Source: Desulfobacterales bacterium
GTDB lineage: Bacteria; Desulfobacterota; Desulfobacteria; Desulfobacterales; UBA5852
Length of the DNA: 64,000 nucleotides
Direction: 5' to 3'
NCBI GenBank assembly: GCA_963674755.2
Contig: CAXXVS010000002.1
Span: 960,001 to 1,024,000, forward strand
Shown piece after piece: positions 31,693 through 40,300 of this stretch. Made by a program: the position numbers and the translations under genes. Each line of letters starts with the position of its first letter. Within the stretch, counting starts at the first letter, position 1. The notes beneath the pieces are model-generated. The model did not search any database and was not told the origin of the DNA. It saw only the letters and a program-made list of their open reading frames with translations.

Positions 31693-32391
31693 TTGGAGGG
31701 GTTTCTTCTTTTGGATGACAAGATAAAAACCATACAAAAATCGCTTCGCATCCGGAAAGTCGATGTTGAAGAATTATCAAACGGTATTCGTGTTCATTTG
31801 CGGGAAGCCGCACTTCCGTCGCTCAGTGTTGACATTTATACGTTGCGAACGAATCCGGACCATCTCAGAGCCAAAATCAAAGGGGCCGATGATGTTCCCG
31901 AAGTATCCGATCATGATCTAAAAAAAATCAGAATTAAATTACAAAACGATCTGTTGGGGGTTGCCAGTGTAGGGACGTTTACCTCCTTGGGACGACGTGG
32001 TGAAGCCCACTATTACTATGCGCATATCACCATGAGCAAAAAATCAGCTGATTTAGTACTGATTCAGAAGGGCGCCCAGCATGCACTTGAACAGCTCAAG
32101 GGAATCGACGCCGGGATGTTTCGGAAAGGGCTTGATCAACTGGGATTGCCACGATCAAGCAAGGTAAGGTTGTCGCTGACGCGTATTTTCAGGGAATCCG
32201 ATAATATTGAGGAGATGCTGACCGTTGTGGTGCAAGAAGCCGGCATTATCGCCAATTCTACAGACTGGCGACAACTCAAACAAGTCAAAGAGAACAGTGA
32301 CGTCGCCTATCTTAACATTATTGTCGAATTACTCTGGAAGGCCGTGGCCAAAGAACGTTTGATAAAAACCCTGGAAGATATCCACAATTAA
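31693..32391 (+). CDS. Hypothetical protein (~230 aa; start TTG 31693 or 31711)
   Basis: Only long ORF in this interval. GGAGG at 31695 favours TTG 31711. No family recognised. Confidence 0.65.
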   Translation: MEGFLLLDDKIKTIQKSLRIRKVDVEELSNGIRVHLREAALPSLSVDIYTLRTNPDHLRAKIKGADDVPEVSDHDLKKIRIKLQNDLLGVASVGTFTSLGRRGEAHYYYAHITMSKKSADLVLIQKGAQHALEQLKGIDAGMFRKGLDQLGLPRSSKVRLSLTRIFRESDNIEEMLTVVVQEAGIIANSTDWRQLKQVKENSDVAYLNIIVELLWKAVAKERLIKTLEDIHN

Positions 32392-32411
32392 GTTATCAGA
32401 ACGAATCCCCT

Positions 32412-34889
32412 TCAAGGCCTGACAGCGCGAAACCATCCACAATCTTTGGAATCCTGTTTTGTAATGGATGGAGCCGATGCGGCCAGCGGCTTGACGACAT
32501 CTACCAGAATGATCCATCCTCCCGAATACCGTTTAAAGCTGTCCGACGACCAATACCAATTGCTTACAGCCCCCGGGAAAGGGTTGGGACCACTGAAGAG
32601 GATCGCGAGCTCTTTAGCCGTGGGTAATCGCCAGTCGGAATAACCGCCTGTCTTCATGGATTTCACGTATTGCTTTGCTTCATCATAGGTCATGCACTTG
32701 CCGGTCGATAACCGTGAATCAAGCAATGTCCAAGTCAATCCGGTTTTTGAATCGAAAACCGTACTTGGCTTCTTAATCGAAAACCGTCCTTGTTTTTTGC
32801 TGAAGAGTTGTTGCAGCCGGTCCACTTCCAATTGACTTTCCCGGCGTGCCAGTTGATTCCTGGTTTTAGCAAGTTCAGCTTGTATGAGCGGAACGGCTGG
32901 GCTGTTAGGTGAATTTTGCAAGAATTGTTCAAAGACCGAGCGGGCTTTTTCGGGATCGGCGTCTTTGCCGCCAGCTTTGGCGATGAGCGCATCCAATACG
33001 CTTTTATTTTGAAGGTTGATTTGATACACATCTCGTTTTTCTTTTAGATTTAGAGCATACCGCGAGTCACGGTAGATATTGATGTAGCGGTTGCTCAATC
33101 GGATGCATTGGTTCCAGTCTTCACTTTTTTCACACTGTGCCAATGCCCCTTCGACATCCCGATAATAAGGTGCTTCAATATTGCGCAGGATATTTCGGAC
33201 TTGGGCGACATGCCGACCATCAGGATGCTGCTGTAAATAGGCCGCCCCAGCGTTAGCGACTTCCTCAGGCTTATTTTTCGATATTGCCGAAATATATTGA
33301 TAGTCGCGTTCATCCATCAAACCGGGAAGCTCGGCGGCCTTGTTGCGGATTTCGTCGGCCCAAGCAGAATTCCCATGGTTTGCCAGAAATTTATCGTATA
33401 ACGTCCGGATATCTTCATACCGCTCTTCGGCATACAGTTTTTCAGCGCTTTGACTGACGGATTTGAAATCACGTTGAGCGATGCGTCTCTGAAGGGACTC
33501 AATATGATTGGCTGCGCGCGCCCGGAGTTCTTTGTCGTCGGAATCGTCCAAATAGGTCTTGAAGATGCGAATTTGAGCCTCAAGCGAAGGCTGTTCCTCC
33601 GCTTTGTGAACGGTTTCGACATACGCTTCCTCAAGGCGCTGTTGCTTGAAATAGAAGTACCAAAAGATAGACCCGCTAACCAAAAAAACGGTCAAGGTGA
33701 CGAATGCCACACGCGCATAGCGTTTGAGATTGAGTTTCTTTTTGGGCTGTTCAACTTTCCAGTTTTGGCTCTGGCAGAACTCCAGAATATGCTGACGGGC
33801 TTCATCCGGAAGGGTGCCAAAGCTAACCGCCTTACGAAGCAGGAAGTGGAAGTATTCTATCTTGAGAACATTTTTGCTTATGGCAAGGCTTATATCTTTA
33901 CTCAGGTTTTTCAGCAGTGAACGTGCGCGACTGAGGTCGTAGGCGTAGCGGCTTTCATCGGATTTGAAGATCGAAATGCATTGCCCTGCCAGAACACTGC
34001 TTGCTGTTACGAAAGCGTCTTTTTGGGCGATTTTACGAACCTCTTTTTCTTTTTCAACAGCTTTATTTTGTAATGCCTCAAGTGGAGATCCAGGGAAAAG
34101 GCCCAAAAAACTGTATAGTGAATCCTGCTCCACGATTTTCAAATTTTCATTGATGAATTGCTCAACGGTGCTGTCAATGCTGTATGCATGCTCGGCCTCG
34201 GATAGGGATCCTTTTTTAATGGGGCAACGCACCCGACGCAAAATTTCACCTTGATCTATAGCGTAAATCTCGGCCAGACTCGAAATTTCTCTTTCGGACA
34301 TGAACCCCTTCCGAATCTGGATATTGATGTACGCTTCGAGTTCGGCAGATCGCTCATCCAAGAGGTTCTTTAATTTTTCATGAACCGCTTCCGGTGTTGT
34401 CTGAAATTGGGACGCAATTTTTTCGAGCGTTTTTTCATCAGGTTTCCCATCAATCAGAAGGTGATTCAAATAGGTTTCAAGTTCATGGCCATGTTTTTTC
34501 TGCCAAAGCTCAGCTCTTCTTTGAATGATTTGAGGTTTTACCTTATGGAATTCCGCTAAGCGTGCGATTTCTTGCTCACTAATGGTGCCTTTTGAGCCTA
34601 ATAAATACACATGACGATCAATGGCTTTGAATTTTGTTTCCAGCTTTTTCTTGATCAACGCGATAGCGTTGCGTGCTTCTTTTTCCCGCAGTTCGGGATC
34701 CGCCATCGTTTTCCGAATTTCGGTCACGAGACTGATGAATTGGCGTGCTTGGGTACCTTTAGTAGGATGATTCCTCAGACGGCTCCATTCGGCCTGTTTT
34801 CGCTTGATAGCCGATTCAATGACATCAGGATCGGATTCGGGGGGATTGATTTTCAATTCCAGCAGTTGATAGAAATTTAGCCTGCTCAT
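32412..34889 (-). CDS. Membrane-spanning protein: two degenerate J-like domains, TM helix, TPR-like repeats, C-terminal DUF1566 (Lcl) domain
   Basis: N-terminal NFYQLLEL...AIKRK..W..NHPT...DPELR; internal LYSFLGL...DESRYAYD; TM VAFVTLTVFLVSGSIFWYFYF; Y/FLxxxPxS/G repeats; C-terminal V.DSKTGLTW, TYDEA, GGYSDWRLPT..EL, WYWSS, RAVR. Confidence 0.75.
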   Translation of the reverse strand: MSRLNFYQLLELKINPPESDPDVIESAIKRKQAEWSRLRNHPTKGTQARQFISLVTEIRKTMADPELREKEARNAIALIKKKLETKFKAIDRHVYLLGSKGTISEQEIARLAEFHKVKPQIIQRRAELWQKKHGHELETYLNHLLIDGKPDEKTLEKIASQFQTTPEAVHEKLKNLLDERSAELEAYINIQIRKGFMSEREISSLAEIYAIDQGEILRRVRCPIKKGSLSEAEHAYSIDSTVEQFINENLKIVEQDSLYSFLGLFPGSPLEALQNKAVEKEKEVRKIAQKDAFVTASSVLAGQCISIFKSDESRYAYDLSRARSLLKNLSKDISLAISKNVLKIEYFHFLLRKAVSFGTLPDEARQHILEFCQSQNWKVEQPKKKLNLKRYARVAFVTLTVFLVSGSIFWYFYFKQQRLEEAYVETVHKAEEQPSLEAQIRIFKTYLDDSDDKELRARAANHIESLQRRIAQRDFKSVSQSAEKLYAEERYEDIRTLYDKFLANHGNSAWADEIRNKAAELPGLMDERDYQYISAISKNKPEEVANAGAAYLQQHPDGRHVAQVRNILRNIEAPYYRDVEGALAQCEKSEDWNQCIRLSNRYINIYRDSRYALNLKEKRDVYQINLQNKSVLDALIAKAGGKDADPEKARSVFEQFLQNSPNSPAVPLIQAELAKTRNQLARRESQLEVDRLQQLFSKKQGRFSIKKPSTVFDSKTGLTWTLLDSRLSTGKCMTYDEAKQYVKSMKTGGYSDWRLPTAKELAILFSGPNPFPGAVSNWYWSSDSFKRYSGGWIILVDVVKPLAASAPSITKQDSKDCGWFRAVRP

Positions 34890-34941
34890 AAAACCCTCAT
34901 ATTCAAATAGGACCTTTAGCTGAAAAAAAAGAAATCAAAAA

Positions 34942-34958
34942 TGCACCAAATATGCCAA
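34942..34958 (-). promoter_or_regulatory. Putative sigma54 (-24/-12) promoter
   Basis: Minus strand TTGGCATATTTGGTGCA: GG-N10-GC with TGGCA and TGCA boxes, about 50 nt upstream of the start at 34889, flanked by A/T tracts. Confidence 0.6.
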
Positions 34959-35086
34959 TATGAGCATTTTAGAAAAAAACAGTCTGGTTTTCAATACTAT
35001 ACACGCAATTGTTATTTTTGAACATAGCCGTTTCGGATCGTCATGGGTCTTCCGGACAACTCGTTTCCGCATGGCCGTACAATAGA

Positions 35087-35096
35087 GGGGGGGGGG
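35087..35096. repeat. G10 homopolymer tract, intergenic
   Basis: Ten consecutive G in the Hsp70 / J-like gene intergenic region. Confidence 0.9.
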
Positions 35097-35280
35097 CTCG
35101 ACGCGATAAGATCGATCAGTAAAGCCAGTCAATGATATGGGAGAATTCGTAGCGAAGGTACCGGTCAACAGATAAGAAGCTATATTCAAATGACACGCGT
35201 CTATGTCAAGGAGGTTATGCCCCTAACAGCCGATGAGCGGCTTGTGGGGTTATCCTCTCTTTGAGAAAACGGGAGGGTGG

Positions 35281-36945
35281 CTAGTGAACCACTAGATGTT
35301 GAGCCCTCTCAATGGCTTCTTCCAGTTCTTTACCCTGAATGACAGAGCTCGTTTCGATTTTAGCCACAACTTGACGGTTCTCTGTCGCTTCCATTGCTGT
35401 AATTTGTAATCGCCCTTCACGGTTGAGGTTGAAATTGATTTCAACCGGAGAATCCTCGGGAAGACCTTCGGGTAAATCCAACACCGCCGTACCGATTTCG
35501 ATAGAGTGTTCAACGGAAACGACTTTTTCGTTGGTTTCGTTTTCCATAATACGGATGAGGACACGTTCCTGGTTGGATTCCGGGGTGTAAAAGGTGCGCT
35601 TGGTTTCGACCGGAACCGCCGTGTTCTTCAAAATAAGGTTGAAAACGCCCTCCTTATTGTTGGGGCGACGTGCCACAACGCCGAAGCTTTTGCTGGCAAC
35701 ATCTCTGATGCGCATCGTTGATTGCCGTACTGCGGAAAGGGTCACCCCGGTTTCTTCGGACATCTGCTTGGCGACTTCTTCCATGATTTGCTTGGGTGTG
35801 GTTTCAATGATGTTCTCTTCGTGCTCGATATTGCGATTTGTTTTTTGCGCAATTCGACGGATCAGGCCATCGTTTAGCGACAATTTCCAGCCATAGATGG
35901 CAGCGCCCTTGGCGACGGCTTCATCCGGGTCGAACATGCGCGGCTCTATGCTGAATTCCTGGCGAATGCGCTCGGGAATCTGGGGCATGCGAGTCGATCC
36001 TCCGACCATGATAATTTCGTCAAAATGCTCATAGCCTTTGTTTTTCGCTTCTTTGAGCATTTCATGTGTGAGGGCTATGGTGCGCTCTAGGAGGTCTTCG
36101 GAAATTTCAAGAAACTTATCCCGGCTTAATTCAACCTTTACACGATCACCGCCATGGGTAATGGAGATAGGGGTTTTATCCCTCTGTGAGAGGATTTTCT
36201 TTGACTTTTCCGATGAGAGCTGCAAGTCCTGCCATGTGTCAGGGTCTTCGAGAATATCTTCTTCCGATTGGGTTTGGCGCTGAAATTCCTGAACAAGGTA
36301 AGCCACAATGCGGTCATCCCAGTCTTTGCCGCCCAGATTATGGTCCCCCCCGGTACAAATGACGTCAATCGAATTTTCCTGGATATCAATCATCGTTATG
36401 TCGAATGTACCGCCACCGAGGTCGTATACCAGAACGACGCGGTTTTCCGTTTCCTGGACCGTGCCGTAAGCGATAGCCGCCGCGGTGGGTTCATTGATAA
36501 TCTGGCGGACATTAAAGCCGGCTATTTCACCTGCCTTGCGGGTAGCCTCGCGCTCATTGATACCAAAATAAGCCGGGCAGGTGATAACCACGTCCTGGAT
36601 TTTTTCACCGATTGTCTGCTCGGCATCCTGCGCGACTTTCCGAAGGATGTAGCTGGAGATTTCCTCCGGACGGTAGTTTTTGCCGTCGTATTCATAGAGG
36701 AAATTGGCTTCTCCCATGGAGCGTTTAATGAAGCTGACCACTTCATTCGGATAGAGTTTGGCGCTCTCTTTCGCTACATCGCCGACAACAATCTCGCTAC
36801 CGTCGAAGAAAACGACCGAGGGGGTGATACGTTGATTTTCCGCATTGGGAATGATGACCGGTTTACCGTATTCATCAACGTAGGCAATAGAAGAGTAGGT
36901 GGTTCCAAGGTCAATACCAAAAATTTTGTTGATTGGATCACTCAT
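35281..36945 (-). CDS. Hsp70 family protein (non-canonical DnaK paralogue, truncated lid)
   Basis: GIDLGTTYS, TPSVV, VITCPAYF, INEPTAAAIAYG, VYDLGGGTFD, GGKDWD, VGGSTRMP and DEAVAKGAA. SBD-beta-like region present; ends at 554 aa with little helical lid. Confidence 0.93.
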   Translation of the reverse strand: MSDPINKIFGIDLGTTYSSIAYVDEYGKPVIIPNAENQRITPSVVFFDGSEIVVGDVAKESAKLYPNEVVSFIKRSMGEANFLYEYDGKNYRPEEISSYILRKVAQDAEQTIGEKIQDVVITCPAYFGINEREATRKAGEIAGFNVRQIINEPTAAAIAYGTVQETENRVVLVYDLGGGTFDITMIDIQENSIDVICTGGDHNLGGKDWDDRIVAYLVQEFQRQTQSEEDILEDPDTWQDLQLSSEKSKKILSQRDKTPISITHGGDRVKVELSRDKFLEISEDLLERTIALTHEMLKEAKNKGYEHFDEIIMVGGSTRMPQIPERIRQEFSIEPRMFDPDEAVAKGAAIYGWKLSLNDGLIRRIAQKTNRNIEHEENIIETTPKQIMEEVAKQMSEETGVTLSAVRQSTMRIRDVASKSFGVVARRPNNKEGVFNLILKNTAVPVETKRTFYTPESNQERVLIRIMENETNEKVVSVEHSIEIGTAVLDLPEGLPEDSPVEINFNLNREGRLQITAMEATENRQVVAKIETSSVIQGKELEEAIERAQHLVVH

Positions 36946-37957
36946 CGATATTCCTCGTATCTACTGATTCGGTCTCATCTGCATAAACATAGACAGCAAC
37001 CATTTCCTGGCGAATGACTTTATCTTCCCACTCATAACCGGGGCGTAGACTCTTGGCAATGGTCTTATCCTTGGCGCTATCATCAGTGGAGATTTTTTTA
37101 ATCGCACGCTGTTTGGCGGGGTTGAAAATACCATCTTTGCTGGAATATGGTCTGACCCCTTGCCAATAAAAAATATCCTCCAGATCGGAAGGGATCGCCT
37201 CGAGATAACGAAACAGCTTTACGGGATCCCTTTGGGACACATCCAGAGATCGGAAATAGGTCAGCCATTTGCGGATATCATCGGCCACTTTGACCACATC
37301 AAGAACAATCGAAAGGATATGTTTTTTAACGATGTCCTGCTTATACTCCTGCAATTCCTGATGAAGCTTGTCGATGATTTTATCCTTATGGGCATCATAT
37401 TTCAGTTTGCCAATAAATTCATCTTTGAGTTCGCCCAACTGACGATTGATCAAATCCATCGCATGCTGCAAAGTCTCCGTTTCCGTTTCACCAATCACCG
37501 ATTCCACATCCTCACTATGGAATCCTTCTCCCTGAAGGTCTGGGGCCGCCTGATCTTCTTGTGCGATTTCACCGTCATTCCATATTGGGTCAAGCGCCTC
37601 ATTGGTAGCAGGTTCCGGGAGGTCATCGCCCGGGGCTACCGCATCGGCTGTAATTTCATCGGAGGGCTCATCGGCCACCTTGCCTTCGTCGTGATCGGGT
37701 GTTACATCAACCGGCAGGCTGGGCTCTTCGGTCTCGAAATTGTCATCGTCGGCAAACGGATCCGCTTTTAGGCCGACCTCAGCCAGTTCGTCTTCGTCGA
37801 ACAACGACGGGAGACCGACGCCTTTATCATCTTCCGATTTTGCCGCAGCATCATCGTTTTTCGTCTCAGCGGGGTCTGTTTCCACCGCTTCCGCTCTCGC
37901 GGATAGATCGTCCAACGGTATGCCGACTTCGTATTCTTCGTTATCCTGACCCATCAT
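36938..37957 (-). CDS. GrpE-like nucleotide exchange factor with long acidic N-terminal extension
   Basis: C-terminal coiled coil and FNPAKQRA...IAKSLRPGYEW.DKVIRQEMV.V (GrpE FDP..H.A / GY...RxxxV.V pattern). Overlaps the Hsp70 start by 8 nt. Confidence 0.85.
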   Translation of the reverse strand: MMGQDNEEYEVGIPLDDLSARAEAVETDPAETKNDDAAAKSEDDKGVGLPSLFDEDELAEVGLKADPFADDDNFETEEPSLPVDVTPDHDEGKVADEPSDEITADAVAPGDDLPEPATNEALDPIWNDGEIAQEDQAAPDLQGEGFHSEDVESVIGETETETLQHAMDLINRQLGELKDEFIGKLKYDAHKDKIIDKLHQELQEYKQDIVKKHILSIVLDVVKVADDIRKWLTYFRSLDVSQRDPVKLFRYLEAIPSDLEDIFYWQGVRPYSSKDGIFNPAKQRAIKKISTDDSAKDKTIAKSLRPGYEWEDKVIRQEMVAVYVYADETESVDTRNIDE

Positions 37958-38127
37958 AGCCTCACGAAAGATGAAATCAAATCCCAATCGAATTATTGAC
38001 CTTTTAATTTAAAACCTACAACAGCGAGAAAGTCAAGGTTTTCATGCTGATACAGCGGGTCAGTCAGAATTATATGCCGATAGACGCTCCCGAAATCGAC
38101 CATGATGTGGTCGTGGTTCCCCTACAT

Positions 38128-38174
38128 AAAATTGAAGCCGTCGGCCTGGCGTTTGGCCAGGGGCGACGGCTTCA
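38128..38174 (-). terminator. Intrinsic terminator downstream of the EF-G gene
   Basis: TGAAGCCGTCG..CCTGGC loop GCCAGG..CGACGGCTTCA hairpin followed by ATTTT on the minus strand. Confidence 0.7.
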
Positions 38175-38224
38175 GATGAGGAACAACAATGGGAACTATC
38201 AGCGCGATAGTCGCTGCAGCTTTT

Positions 38225-40300
38225 TTATTCTTCCGCTTTTTTTACCTCTTCAATTACTTTTTCGGCAATTTGGGCCGGGACTTCATCATAATGGGAAAAT
38301 TCCATGCTGTATATCCCGCGACCGCCTGTCATGGATCTGAGGTCAGGGGCATAGGTCAGGAACTCCGCCAAAGGGACATTCGCCTTAATCTGCTGATAGC
38401 GGCCGGCGTTTTCCATGCCTAGGACCCTGCCACGGCGCCCATTCAGATCGCCCATGATATCCCCCATGTATTCATCCGGGGTGGTGACCGTCACCTCCAT
38501 GATGGGTTCGAGCAGTACGGCAGTCGCTTCGGCGATTCCTTTCTTAAACGCCAGCGAGCCGGCGACCTTGAAGGCCATTTCGGACGAATCGACCGCATGA
38601 AAAGATCCGAAATCAAGGGTTGCACGAAAATCGACGGTTGGGAAGCCCGCTAAGACGCCCTTCTGAGCCGATTCGACAATCCCTTTCTCAACAGCTGGAA
38701 TATAGGTTTTGGGAATGACACCGCCCACAATGGCATCCACGAATTCAAACCCTGTTCCCCGCGGCAGAGGTTCGAATTGTACCCAGCAATCACCGAACTG
38801 GCCGTGGCCGCCGGTTTGTTTCTTGTGTTTGCCTTGAACACGGACTTTTTTCTTGATGGTCTCACGATAGGGGATTTTGGGCAGTTTCAGGTTGACATCA
38901 ACGCCGAATTTGCGCTTCATTTTTTCGATCGTCGCTTCGATGTGAACTTGGCCGCGACCTGAAAGCAGGATTTCATTGGTTTCTGAATTGCGTTCGAGCT
39001 TAAGGCCGGTATCTTCCTCCAAGAGCTTGTTCAGAGAAATATAGATCTTATCCTCGTCCCCTTTGGCTTTAGATTCCAGCGCAAAGGAGATAAGGGGGGG
39101 AAGGGGGTCGGCAAAGGCATATTTTATCTTGTCATTGTCGGCGCAAAGGGTATCACCAGTGGTGGATTCCTTCAGCTTGGCTACAGCCACGATGCTGCCC
39201 GGACCGGCGCCATCGGCAGGCTTCTGTTCCTTACCGGCCAATGTCAAAAGTTGATTGAATCGTTCTTTGGCTTCCTTGTTGGCGTTATAAAACGTGCCGT
39301 CGGAGCCCAGAGTTCCCGATACGACACGAAAAATGGAAAGTCTTCCGGCATAAGGATCGGCAACTGTTTTGAAAATAAAGGCGGAAAAAGGTGCATTCGG
39401 ATCCGGTTCACGCGTGATTTCCTTCTCGCCTCTAAGATCGGTACCTGTCTTAGCGCCGCGTTCAACAGGGGAGGGCAGGGAACTGACGACAATATCCAGT
39501 AGATTGTCCACACCAATATTGCCCACGGCCGATCCAAACGCCACGGGGGCGAATATGCGTTCGTTTACCCCCTTTTTCAGGGCGGCCTTCAATTCGTCAT
39601 CGGAAATGGTTTCGCCCTCAAGATACCGTTCAATGAGTTCATCGTCCGCTTCGGCAATATTTTCAATCAGGTTTTCGCGCTCTGAATCGGCAAGCTCCTG
39701 CAAATCGGCAGGGATGTCCGTTGTACGGGGTTTGCCGCTATCGTCGTAGACATAGGCTTTCATGCTGATGAGGTCGATGACGCCTTTAAAATCGCCTTCG
39801 GCACCGATCGGCAGCTGAATGATCATCGGCTTGGGGTCGCTCAGGGAATCTTTGATATCCTGAAAGGCTTTGGTGAAATCAGCCCGTTCTTTTTCCATCT
39901 TGTTGACAAAAATCATGGCCGGCATCTTGAAATCCGCAGTGAAGTCCCACGCCTGTTCCGTTTGAACCCTGACGCCGTCAACCGCATCGACGACAAACAA
40001 TGCGATATCAGCGCCCTGCATACAATTTTTGGTATCGGTAAAAAAATTCTGGTCACCTGGGGTGTCGATAATGTTAATCGTGTGTTTCTTCCATTCGAAC
40101 TGGTGAATGCCGCTGCTGAGGCTGGCTTGGCGCTTCAATTCTTCGGGCTCGAAATCCATCTGAGTGTTGCCGTCCTCGACACGGCCGATACGATTGGATT
40201 TGCCGGCTTTGTAGAGCATGACTTCAGCCAATGAGGTTTTCCCTGCACCATTGTGCGCCACCAAGGCAATGTTTCGAATTTGTTCTGCATTAACAGCCAT
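38225..40300 (-). CDS. fusA: Elongation factor G paralogue (stand-alone, EF-G2-like)
   Basis: IRNIA..AHNGAGKTSL, DTPG, NKME, G.GQVH, YRETI, KKQTGGHGQF, GSFHAVDSSEMAF and LRSMTGGRG. Confidence 0.93.
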   Translation of the reverse strand: MAVNAEQIRNIALVAHNGAGKTSLAEVMLYKAGKSNRIGRVEDGNTQMDFEPEELKRQASLSSGIHQFEWKKHTINIIDTPGDQNFFTDTKNCMQGADIALFVVDAVDGVRVQTEQAWDFTADFKMPAMIFVNKMEKERADFTKAFQDIKDSLSDPKPMIIQLPIGAEGDFKGVIDLISMKAYVYDDSGKPRTTDIPADLQELADSERENLIENIAEADDELIERYLEGETISDDELKAALKKGVNERIFAPVAFGSAVGNIGVDNLLDIVVSSLPSPVERGAKTGTDLRGEKEITREPDPNAPFSAFIFKTVADPYAGRLSIFRVVSGTLGSDGTFYNANKEAKERFNQLLTLAGKEQKPADGAGPGSIVAVAKLKESTTGDTLCADNDKIKYAFADPLPPLISFALESKAKGDEDKIYISLNKLLEEDTGLKLERNSETNEILLSGRGQVHIEATIEKMKRKFGVDVNLKLPKIPYRETIKKKVRVQGKHKKQTGGHGQFGDCWVQFEPLPRGTGFEFVDAIVGGVIPKTYIPAVEKGIVESAQKGVLAGFPTVDFRATLDFGSFHAVDSSEMAFKVAGSLAFKKGIAEATAVLLEPIMEVTVTTPDEYMGDIMGDLNGRRGRVLGMENAGRYQQIKANVPLAEFLTYAPDLRSMTGGRGIYSMEFSHYDEVPAQIAEKVIEEVKKAEE

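Noticed and set aside
32412..32800. DUF1566 gene as target of a diversity-generating retroelement
   Set aside because: No reverse transcriptase ORF in the window, and I saw no near-duplicate template repeat of the 3' end. A remote DGR cannot be excluded.
35281..38040. Housekeeping grpE-dnaK-dnaJ heat-shock operon
   Set aside because: No hrcA, no zinc-finger DnaJ and no CIRCE repeat seen upstream. The Hsp70 is short with a non-canonical linker.
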